A DNA stretch of 64,000 nt from Mobula hypostoma (Eukaryota): contig NC_086097.1 in the NCBI RefSeq assembly GCF_963921235.1, positions 214,832,001 through 214,896,000 of the forward strand, written 5' to 3'. The notes under the pieces are model-generated. The model did no database searches and was not told the DNA's origin. It worked only from the letters and a program-made list of their open reading frames with translations. Below are positions 38,670 through 50,200 of the stretch, one piece after another. Position numbers and translations under genes: made by a program. The number at the start of each line of letters is the position of its first letter. Positions within the stretch are counted from its first letter, which is position 1.

Positions 38670-40545
38670 TAGAAACATAGAAACATAGAAAATAGGTGCA
38701 GGAGTAGGCCATTCGGCCCTTCGAGCCTGCACCGCCATTTATTATGATCATGGCTGATCATCCAACTCAGAACCCAGCCTTCCCTCCATACCCCCTGACC
38801 CCTGTAGCCACAAGGGCCATATCTAACTTCCTTTTAAACATAGCTAATGAACTGGCCTCAACAGTTTGCTGTGGCAGAGAATTCCACAGATTCACCACTC
38901 TCTGTGTGAAGAAGTTTTTCCTAACCTCGGTCCTAAAAGGCTTCCCCTCTATCCTCAAACTGTGACCCCTCGTTCTAGACCTCCCCAACATCGGGAACAA
39001 TCTTCCCGCATCTAGCCTGTCCAATCCCTTTAGGATCTTATACGTTTCAATCAGATCCCCCCTCAATCTTCTAAATTCCAACGAGTACAAGCCCAGTTCA
39101 TCCAGTCTTTCTTCATATGAAAGACCTGCCATCCCAGGAATCAATCTGGTGAACCTTCTTTGTACTCCCTCTATGGCAAGGATGTCTTTCCTCAGATTAG
39201 GGGACCAAAACTGCACACAATACTCCAGGTGTGGTCTCACCAAGGCCTTGTACAACTGCAGTAGTACCTCCCTGCTCCTGTACTCGAATCCTCTCGCTAT
39301 AAATGCCAGCATACCGTTCGCCTTTTTCACCGCCTGCTGTACCTGCATGCCCACTTTCAATGACTGGTGTATAATGACACCCAGGTCTCGTTGCACCTCC
39401 CCTTTTCCTAATCGGCCACCATTCAGATAATAATCTGTTTTCCTATTTTTGCCACCAAAGTGGATAACTTCACATTTATCCACATTAAATTGCATCTGCC
39501 ATGAGTTTGCCCACTCACCCAACCTATCCAAGTCACCCTGCATCCTCTTAGCATCCTCCTCACTGCTAACACTGCCACCCAGCTTTGTGTCATCCGCAAA
39601 CTTGGAGATGCTGCATTTAATTCCCTCATCCAAGTCATTAATATATATTGTAAACAACTGGGGTCCCAGCACTGAGCCTTGCGGTACCCCACTAGTCACC
39701 GCCTGCCATTCTGAAAAGGTCCCGTTTATTCCCACTCTTTGCTTCCTGTCTGCTAACCAATTCTCCACCCACACCAATACCTTACCCCCAATACCATGTG
39801 CTTTAAGTTTGCACACTAATCTCCTGTGTGGGACCTTGTCAAAAGCCTTTTGAAAATCCAAATATACCACATCCACTGGTTCTCCCCTATCCACCCTACT
39901 AGTTACATCCTCAAAAAATTCTATGAGATTCGTCAGACATGATTTTCCTTTCACAAATCCATGCTGACTTTGTCCGATCATTTCACCGCTTTCCAAATGT
40001 GCTGTTATCACATCCTTGATAACTGACTCCAGCAGTTTCCCCACCACCGACGTTAGGCTAACCGGCCTATAATTCCCCGGTTTCTCTCTCCCTCCTTTTT
40101 TAAAAAGTGGGGTTACATTAGCCACCCTCCAATCCTCAGGAACTAGTCCAGAGTCTAACGAGTTTTGAAAAATTATCACTAATGCATCCACTATTTCTTG
40201 GGCCACTTCCTTAAGCACTCTGGGATGCAGACCATCTGACCCTGGGGATTTATCTGCCTTCAATCCCTTCAATTTACCTAACACCACTTCCCTACTAACA
40301 TGTATTTCGCTCAGTTCCTCCATCTCACTGGACCCTCTGTCCCTTACTATTTCTGGAAGATTATTTATGTCCTCCTTAGTGAAGACAGAATCAAAGTAAT
40401 TATTCAATTGGTCTGCCATGTCCTTGCTCCCCATAATCAATTCACCTGTTTCTGTTTGCAGGGGACCTACATTTGTCTTTATCAGTCTTTTCCTTTTTAC
40501 ATATCTATAAAAGCTTTTACAGTCCGTTTTTATGTTCTCTGCCAG
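38670..40545 (-). mobile_element. Young 5'-truncated CR1 inserted in the 5' UTR of the older CR1
   Basis: Uninterrupted RT ORF 38767-40440; reverse complement of 28307-30182 with few substitutions. Confidence 0.97.
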
Positions 40546-40853
40546 GACAGTGCAGAGAGTTTAAAAAGGAGACCACCCTATACAGCGGGCAGCTGTCAGA
40601 GTGGGCAGCGGAGTGAGCGATAGCAGAGTGTAGGGCTTTGGCTTCAACGGGCTTCGGCGGTAAACGGGAAAAGGCAAGAGCGAAGCACCAACTCTTCCCC
40701 CCCCCCTTTGGCGAATCGGCCCGAACAGACAGGAACAGCAGGGCTCTCACAGCTAACGGTACGAGCTAACAGCTTAAAAAGTTCGTCTGTTTGGCGAGGT
40801 AAGTGGGTGAGTAGACTTATTTATCCTGTTTCATTCCTGTAGAATTAGATAGC

Positions 40854-41788
40854 ATGACTGCAGGGTTAGTGCTTTGTTCAGGGTGTCAGATGTGGGAATC
40901 CTGGGAGACCTCCAGCCTCCCTGATGGCCACATCTGCGCCAGGTGCACCGAGATGCAGCTCCTCAGAGACCCTGTTAGGGATCTGGAGCTGCAGCTTGAT
41001 GACCTACTGCTTATCAGGGAAAGTGAAGAGGTGATAGACAGGAGCTACAGGGAGGTAGTCATCCCTAGGCTACAGGGGTCAGAAAACTGGGTGACTGTCA
41101 GGAGAGGGAGGGAAAATGCCCGGATAGTGGAGAGCACACCTGTGGCTGTTCCCCTCAGCAACAAATATCTTGTTCTAGATGCAGTTGAGGGGGATGACCT
41201 GACAGGGTACGCCCACAGTGACCGGGTCTCTGGCACTGAGCCTGGCGCTGTTATGCAGGAGGGAAGGAGGGAGAAGAGGAATGCGGTAGTCATAGGGGAT
41301 TCCATAGTCAGGGGAATGGACAGGAGATTCTGTGAGCCTGATAGAGATACTCGCATGGTGTGTTGCCTCCCAGGTGCCAGGGTACGGGATGTCTCGGATC
41401 AGGTCCAGAATATTCTGAAGGGGGAGGGCGAGCAGCCAGTTGTCTTGGTGCATGTTGGTACCAATGACATAAATAGGATAAAGGAGGAGGTCCTGAAGAG
41501 AGATTTCTGGGAGTTAGGAAGGAAGCTGAGAAGCAGGACTTCCAGGGTAGCAATCTCAGGATTGCTACCTGTGCCATGTGCTAGCAAGGACAAGAATAGT
41601 AGGATCAGGCAGATGAATGCGTGACTGAGAGACTGGTGCAGGGGGCAGGGCTTCAGATTCTTGGATAATTGGGATCTCTTCTGGGGAAGTATGATCTGTT
41701 CAAAATGGACAGATTACACCTGAACCCGAAGGGGACCAATATCCTGGTGGGAAGGTTTAATAGAGCTGTTAGGGAGGGTTTAAACTAA
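40854..41788 (+). pseudogene. CR1 ORF1p (zinc finger, coiled coil and SGNH esterase), disabled
   Basis: CSGC...HICARC; VVIGDSIVR; VHVGTND. Premature TGA at 41622 and a 1-nt deletion near 41685; ends REGLN*. Confidence 0.9.
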
Positions 41789-44700
41789 TTTGGCAGGGGG
41801 ATGGGAACCAGAATGATAGAGCGGAGAAAGGGGAAAACAGAAATAAATCTAAGATAGTGAGCAGTGAAGATGTCAGGAAAGACAGGCAGGTGATGGGGCA
41901 AATTTGTAGCCATTGGGATGAGTTGCAGTGTAATAAAGTTGCAGTGAAATCAAAGCGAAAAGTACCAAATACTGGTCTTAAGGTGTTATACTTAAATGCA
42001 CACAGCATAAGGAATAAGGTGGATGATCTTGTCGTATAGCTACAGATTGGCAGGTATGATATTGTGGCCATCACTGAGACGTGGCTAAAGGATGCATGTC
42101 TCTGGGAGCTGAATGCCCAAGGATACACGGTGTATCGGAAGGATAGGAAGGTAGGCAGAGGGGGAGGCGTGGCTGTATTGGTAAGAAATGATATTAAATC
42201 ATTAGAAAGAGGTGATATAGGATCGGAAGGTGCAGAATCTTTATGGGTTGAGCTAAGGAATAGCAGGGGTAAAAGGACCCTGATGGCAGTGATTTATAGG
42301 CCTCCAAACAGCTGCAGTGATGTGGACTACAAATTACAACTGGAAATAGAAAAGGCTTGTCAGAAGGGCAGTGTTATGATATTTGTGGGGGATTTTAACA
42401 TGCGAGTGGATTGGGAAAATCAGGTCGGCACTGGATCTCAAGAGAGGGAATTTGTAGAATGTCTACAAGATGGTTTTTTAGAACAGCTTGTTGTTGAGCC
42501 CACTAGGGGATCGGCTGTACTGGATTGGGTATTGTGTAATGAACCGGAGCGGAGGTGATTAGAGAGATTGAGGTGAAGGAACCCTTAGGAGGCAGTGATC
42601 ATAACATGATTGAGTTCACTGTGAAATTTGAAAAAGAGAAGCCAAAATCTGATGTGTTGGTATTTCAGTGGAGTAAAGGAAATTACAGTGGCATGAGAGA
42701 GGAACTGGCCAAAGTTGACTGGAAAGGGACACTGGCAGGAAGGATGGCAGAGCAGCAGTGGCTGGAGTTTATGCAAGAAGTGAGGAAGGTGCAAGACAGG
42801 TATATTCCAAAAAAGAAGAAATTTTCAAATGGAAAAAGGATGCAACCGTGGCTGACAAGAGAAGTCAAAGCCAAAGTTAAAGCAAAGGAGAGAGCATACA
42901 AGAAAGCAAAAATTAAAAAAGTGGGAAGACAGAGGATTGGGAAGTTTTTAAAAGCTTACAAAAGGAAACTAAGAAGGTCATTAAGAGGGAAAAGATTAAC
43001 TATGAAAGGAAGCTAGCAAATAATATCAGAGAGGATACTAAAAGCTTTTTCAAGTATATAAAGAGTAAAAGACAGGTAAGAGTAGATATAGGACGGATAG
43101 AAAATGATGCTGGAGAAATTGTAATGGGAGATAAGGATTTGGCAGAGGAACTGAACGAGTATTTTGCATCAGTCTTCACTGAGGAAGACATCTGCTGTAT
43201 ACCGGACACTCAAGGGTGGCAGGGAAGAGAAGTGTGCGCAGTCACAATTACGACAGAGAAAGTACTCAGGAAGCTGAATAGTCTAAAGGTCGGTAAATCT
43301 CCCGGACCAGATGGAATGCACCCGCGTGTTCTGAAGGAAGTAGCTGTGGAGATTGCGGAGGCATTAGCGATGATCTTTCAAAAGTCAATAGATTCTGGCA
43401 TGGTTCCAGAGGACTGGAAGATTGCAAATGTCACTCCGCTATTTAAGAAGGGGGCAAGGAAGCAAAAAGGAAATTATAGACCTGTTAGCTTGACATCAGT
43501 GGTTGGGAAGTTGTTGGAGTCGATTGTCAAGGATGAGGTTACAGAGTACCTGGAACCATATGACAAGATAGGCAGAACTCAGCATGGATTCCTTAAAGGA
43601 AAATCCTGCCTGACAAACCATTTAAAATTTTTTGAGGAAATTACAAGTAGGCTAGACAAGGGAAATGCAGTGGATGTTGTATATTTGGATGTTCAGAAGG
43701 CCTTTGACAAGGTGCCACACATGAGGCTACTTAACAAGTTAAGAGCCCATGGAATTACAGGAAGTTACATACGTGGATAGAGCGTTGGCTGATTGGCAGG
43801 AAACAGAGAGCGGGAATAAAGGGATCCTATTCTGGTTGGCTGCCGGTTACCAGTGGTGTTCCACAGGGGTCCATGTTGGGGCCGCTTCTTTTTACATTGT
43901 ACATCAACAATTTGGATTATGGAATAGATGGCTTTGTGGCTAAGTTTGCTGACGATACCAAGATAGGTGGAGGGGCCGGTAGTGATGAGGAAACAGAGAG
44001 TCTGCTGAGAGACTTGGATAGATTGGAAAAATGGGCAAAGAAGTGGCAATTGAAATATAATGTTGGAAAGTGTATGGTTATGCACTTTGGCAGAAGAAAT
44101 AAACGGGCAGACTATTATTTAAATGGGGAAAGAATTCAAAGTTCTGAGATGCAATGGGACTTGGGAGTCCTCATAAAGGATACCTTTAAGGTTAACCTCC
44201 AGGTTGAATTGGTGGTGAAGAAGGCGAATGCAATGTTGGCATTCATTTCTAGAGCAATAGAGTATAGGAGCAGGGATGTGATGTTGAGGCTCTATAAGGC
44301 ACTGGTGAGACCTCACTTGGAGTACTGTGGGCAGTTTTGGTCTCATTATTTAAGAAAGGATGTGCTGACGGTTGGAGAGGGTACAGAGAAGATTGACTAG
44401 ACTGATTCTGGGAATGAGAGGGTTAACATATGAGGACCGTTTGTCCGCTCTTGGACTGTATTCTTTGGAGTTTAGAAGAATGAGGGGAGACCTCAGAAAC
44501 ATTTCAAATGTTGAAAGACATGGACAGAGTGGATGTGGCAAAATTGTTTCCCATGATGGGGGAGTCAAGTATGAGAGGGCATGACTTAAGGATTGAAGGG
44601 TGCCCATTCAGAACAGAAATGCGAAGAAATTTTTTTAGTCAGAGGGTGGTGAATCTATGGAATTTGTTGCCATGGATGGCAGTGGAGGCCAAGTCATTGG

Positions 44701-44944
44701 GTGTATTTAAGGCAGAGATTGATAGGTGTTTGATTAGCCGGGGCATCAAAGGTTATGGTGAGAAGGCGGGGGAGTGGGACTAAATGGGAGAATGGATCAG
44801 CTCACGACAAAATGACGGAGCAGACTCGATGGGCCGAATGGCCGACTTCTGCTCCTTTGTCTTCTGGTCTTATGATATAAAATTGGTTCTCTGGCAGCAG
44901 TGCAGTACAAACACAAAACTCTATAAATTACAAGTAAATTACTA

Positions 44945-45275
44945 GTTCCTCCCTCCGGGAGAAGGCTCAGGAGCTGGAAGACTCGTACGGCCAGATTTGG
45001 GAACAGCTTCTTTCCAACTGTGATAAGACTGCTGAACGGATCCTGACCTGGATCTGGGCCGTACCCTCCAAATATCTGGACCTGCCCCTTGGCTTTTTTG
45101 CACTACCTTACTTTCCATTTTCTATTTTCCATTCATGATTATAATTAAAATTTTTAGTATTTACTGTCAACTTGTACTCCAGGGAGCGCGAACTGCAGAA
45201 TCAAATATCGCTGTGATGATTGTACGCTCTAGTATCAATTGTTTGGCAACAATAAAGTATGAAGTAAAGTATAAA
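44945..45275 (+). mobile_element. Young Rex/Babar 3' end, same family as 25676-26198
   Basis: ccctccgggagaaggctcaggagc...aataaagtatgaagtaaagtataaag. Confidence 0.85.
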
Positions 45276-47282
45276 GTAAATCAAGAGTATAAAAGAAGGA
45301 AAAATGAGATGGTGTTCATGAGTTCACGTACCATTCAGACATCCATTGGCAGAGGGTAAGAACCTATTCCTAAATCATTGAGTGTGGGTTTTCAGGCTCC
45401 TGTAACTTATATTTTTGATGGTAGTAATGAGAAGAGGGCAAGTCTTGGATGGTGATGGTCCTTAATGATGGATGCTGCCTTGATGAGGCACCATCTCCCG
45501 ACGGCATCCTCATCCTCTGTGGTAGGAAATGTTGTGTCCATGATGGAGCTGGCTGAGTTTATAACCCACTCTTGCAAACTTGTGCACTGGAGGCTCCATT
45601 GAAGGCTGTGATGCAACCAGTCAGAATCCTCTCCACTATATGTAAAAGTCTTTGATAACATACCAAATCTCTTCAAACTCATTTATGAAGCAGGGCTGCT
45701 GGCATGCCTTCTTTATGATTGTTTTGCATTGATCCCTGGTTAGGTCCTCTGAGATGCTGAAGCACAGGAACTTGTAGCTGCTTACCCTTTCCACTTCTGT
45801 GTATCTTCTCCCAACTTCCCCTTGCAAAGTCTGCAATCTGTTCCTTAGTTTTGCCGAAGTTGTGTGCAAGATTGATGTTGCAACAGCACTTAGTCAGCTG
45901 ACCTACCTCAATTCTGTAAACCTCCTTTTCATCATCATAGATTCCAGCAATAACTGTGGTGTCATCAGGACATTTGTAGATAGCATTTCAGCTGCACCAA
46001 GCCACACAGTCATGAACAGAGAGAGAGAGGGAGAGTAGAACAGTGGACTGAGCGTGCATCCTTGAGGTGCGACTATGTTGACAGCAAGGAGAAAATACTA
46101 TTGCTGATCAGCACTGACTGTGGTTTCCCAATAAGAAGGTCAAGGATCTGGTTGCAGAGGGAGATAGAGTCACAGATTTTGAAGCTTGCTTATTAGTACT
46201 GAGGGAATGATGAATGCTGAGATGTATCAATGAACAGTAGCCTTGCATATGTCTTGCAATCTTCTAGGTGCTGCAAAAGTGAGAGAGAGAGCCAGTGAGA
46301 TTATGCCCGCTGTAGAACTGTTGATGGCCGAATCACAGCAGCTTGCTCAGACTGGAGTCAATTCTAGCCATATATATCCTCTGAAAGCACTTCGTTGCTG
46401 TAGATGTGTGTGTTACAGGGCAATAGTCATTGAGACAGCTCACCCTGCTTTTCCTGGGTACTGGAATAATTGTTGCCCTTTTGAAGCAAGTGGGAACCTC
46501 AATCTACAGCAGTGAGAGATTGAAGATGTCCAAGAATACACTAGCCTCTTGGTTGGCACAGGTTTTCAATACTCGGCCAGGTACGCTGTAAGGTCTCAAA
46601 GACAGAGATCACAGGGTCGCCAGATGCTGTGGGGATTTGCACAGGTATAGCATTATTCTCTCTTGCAAAGCATGCGTAAATACCCTCACTCATGATTGTA
46701 CAAAAATATTTTTATTTACATTGCCCCTTCAGTAGTATTAATGAGTTACCTCTGAAACATTGAAACATTGTTTCAACAGTGGGTTTGGGTTGGATCTATA
46801 CTTATCACATCACAGAAAAACATGAGGTGACCTGACTGAAACAAAAGTTGGACTCAGTGGATGCTGATTGGTTATTTCTACCAGTGGACTTACACAGAAC
46901 TAAGAAGTATACTTTTAGAATGAAGGAGTATCACCCAGTTCAAATGGAGATGTGAAGGAATTTCTTTTCTCAAGGTCATGAATGTTTAGAAGTCTCCAAC
47001 ACAGGGAGTTGTGGGTGCTAGGTATTTGAATAATTTGACAGACATTTAAACCACAAAGGAGTCAGGAGTATGAGGACTGAGTGGGAAAGTTAGGCCGAGG
47101 TCAGAATTGGATTCACTATGACCTTATCGAATGGTGATGGTGGTTTAGTGAACTGAATGGCCTACACTTTTCATTTAGCGTGTGGCCAAACAATAGGAAG
47201 GTAGGTAAGAGATGTACTGCGTAACTTCTCAAATAATCAAGGCTGCATGTTCATCAATGACACAATTTTTGGAACCACTGCA

Positions 47283-50200
47283 AAATTGTGGAACCACTCA
47301 CAGCAGAGTGAGAGGATGCAGAGTGAGAGGGCTTTGGCTCAACGGGCTTAAGCGGAAACAGGGAGAGGCTTCCTGCGACCGTTGAGTCTCATAGCAAAGG
47401 GGTAAGTTACAGGTTTATTTATTTAGTAATAACAGTAGCTTTAGAGGTGTTTGTCTAGGATTAGTGTTGTGCTTGGAGTGCCCGATGTGGGGACCCTGGG
47501 AAACTCCCAGCCTCCCGAAGGATTACATCTGCACCAGGTGCATTGAGATGAGGATCCTTAAGGACCATGTTAGGGATCTGAAGCTGCAACTTGATGACCT
47601 TCAGCTAATTAGGGAAAGTGAGGAGGTGATTGATAATACCTATAGAGAGATAGTGTACAGCACCTCTGTGACAGTCCCCCTTAGAAATTGATATATCATT
47701 TTAGATACTGTTAGAGAGGTTGACCTGACAGAGGAAGACCACAGTGAATGGGATTGTGGCATTCTGCCCAGTGCCATGATTAAGAGAGCAAGGAGAAATG
47801 CAGTACTTATAGGGGATTCCATAGTGAGGGGAACAGACAAGAGATTCTGCGAGCCGGACAAGGATACCTGGATAGTGTGTTGCCTCCCTGATGCCAGGGA
47901 TGTCTCAGATCGGGTCCAGAGTATTCTGAGGAGAGAGGGCGAGCAGCCAGAAGTCTTGGTACATGTTGGTACCAATGACATAGGCAGAAAAAGAGAGGAG
48001 GTCCTGAAGGAAGATTACTGGGAGCTAGGAAGTAAAGCCGGACCTCCAGAGTAATAATCTCAGGATTACTGCCTAAACCACGCGCTAATGAAGGTAAGAA
48101 TAGCAGAATTAAGCAGATGAATATGTGGCTAAGTAACTGGTGCAGGGGCGGGGCTTCAAATTCTTGGATCATTGGGATCTATTTTGGGGGAGTTATGACT
48201 TATACAAAAACAATGTGTTACACCTGAACTCAAAGGGTACTAATATCTGGCGGGTTGTTTAATATAGCTGTTAGGGAGGGTTTAAACTAAGTTGGCAGGG
48301 GTAAGGAAACCAGGGTGTTAGGGTCATGGAAGAGGAAAAAAGAAATAAGTCAAAGATACTGTGCAGCAAAGATGGCAAGAAGGACAGGCAAGAGAACAGA
48401 CAGGATAATTTGCTGTGCGATAGAAATATAGCAAAATCGGTAACAGATAGGGATCTAAATGTACTGTACTTAAATGCACGCAGCATTAGAAATAAAGTGG
48501 ATGACCTTGTTGTACAGCTACAGGTTAAAAGATATGACATTGTGGCCATCACCAAGTCATGGCTAAATGATGGATGTGATTGGGAGCTGAATGTCCAAGG
48601 ATACACAGTGTATAGGAAAGATAGGAAGGTAGGCAAAGGGGGTGGGGTGGCCCTGATGGTAGCAACAATATCAAATCACTGGAAAGAAGGGACGTAGGAT
48701 CAGAAGAGGTAGAATCCTTATGGGTCGAGCTAAGAAATGGCAAGGGTAAAAAGACACTAATAGTAGTTATATACAGGCTGTCAAACAGCAGCCGGATGTG
48801 GACTACAAGTTACAGCTGGAAATAGAAAAAGCATGTCAGAAGGAAAATGTCAAGATAATTATAGAGGATTTTAATATGAAAGTGGATTGGGAAAGTTAGG
48901 AAGGTACTGGATCTCAGGAGAGGGAGTTTGTAGAATGCCTACGGGATGGCTTTTTGGAGCAGCTTGTCCATAAGCCCACCAGGGGACCGGCTGTTTTGGA
49001 TTGGGTGCTGTGTAATGAACCTGAGGTGATTAGGGAGCTGGAGGTAATGGAACCCCTTGGAAGTAATGGTCATAATATGATTGAGTTCAGTTTCAGATTT
49101 GAAAAGGAGAAGCTGATATCAGGTGTATCGATATTTCAGTGGAACAAAGGAAATTACAGTGGTATAAGAGAGGAACTGGCCCAAATCAATTGGAAAAGTA
49201 AGCTAGATGGAGGGACAGTAGAGCAGAATTGGATGAAATTCCTACAAGAAATAAGGAAAGTGCAGGAAAAATATATTCCAAGAAAAAAGAAAATCATGAA
49301 TGGGAAAATGGCACAAATGTGGCTAATGAGAGAGGTTAAAGCTAAAATAAAAGCAAAAAAGTTGGTGTACAAGGAAGCAAAAATTAGTGGGAAAACTGAG
49401 GACTGGATGACTTTTAAAAACTCTTACAGAAGGAAACTAAGAAAATCATTAGGAAAGAAAAGATGAATTATGAAAGGAAGTTGGCAATGAACATAAAAAA
49501 GGATACTAAGAGTTTTTTGAAATATATGAAGAGTAAAAGAGTGACACAGGTAGATATAGAACCGATTGAAAAGGATGCTGGAGAAATTATAATGGATAAC
49601 AAAGAGATGACAGAGGAACTAAATGAGTATTTTTCATCAGTCTTCACGGTGGAAGACATTAGCAACATACCTGACAGCCAGAGGTCTCAGGGAACAGAAT
49701 TAGGTACAGTCAAGATTACTAGAGATTAGCTTGGGAAGCTAAATGGATTAAGAATAGATAGGTCTCCCAGACCGGATGAGGTGCACCCATGGGTTCTGAG
49801 GGAGGGGCTTTGGAGATTGTGGAGGCATTGGCAATGATCTTCCAGGAATCAATAGACTCTGGCATGGTTCTGGAGGACTGGAAGGTCGCAAATGTAGTTC
49901 CGCTGTTTAAGAAAGGAGGGAAGCAGCAAAAAGAAAATTACATACCTATTAGTCTGACATCGGTAGTTGGAAAGTTATTGGAGTCGATCCTCAAGGACGA
50001 GGTTATGAAATACCTTGAGGTGCATGACAAGATGGGCCCAAGCCAGCATGGTTTCATGAAGGGAAGATCCTGCCTCACCAACCTATTGGAACTTTTTGAG
50101 GTAATCTCAAATATGATTGACAGGGGAGAGGCTGTGGATGTTGTGTATTTGGATTTTCAAAAGGCCTTCGATAAGGTGCCGCATAAGAGGCTGCTTAATA

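Larger units (their letters stand above)
38554..44870 (+). mobile_element. Near-full-length decayed CR1 (5' UTR, ORF1, ORF2, 3' UTR)
   Basis: CpG-rich 5' UTR, ORF1 from 40854, frameshifted ORF2 at 41779-44783, and tail tgtcttctggtcttatg. Apparent TSD TATGATA at 38547-38553 and 44871-44877. Confidence 0.93.
38515..46690 (-). mobile_element. Old Rex/Babar element fragmented by later insertions (pieces ~38515-38553, 44871-44940, 45280-46690)
   Basis: The 3' end aatcagatttattattactgac continues after 44877. Minus ORFs AASIIKDHHHPRLALFSLLPS and VERVSSYKFL. Confidence 0.7.
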
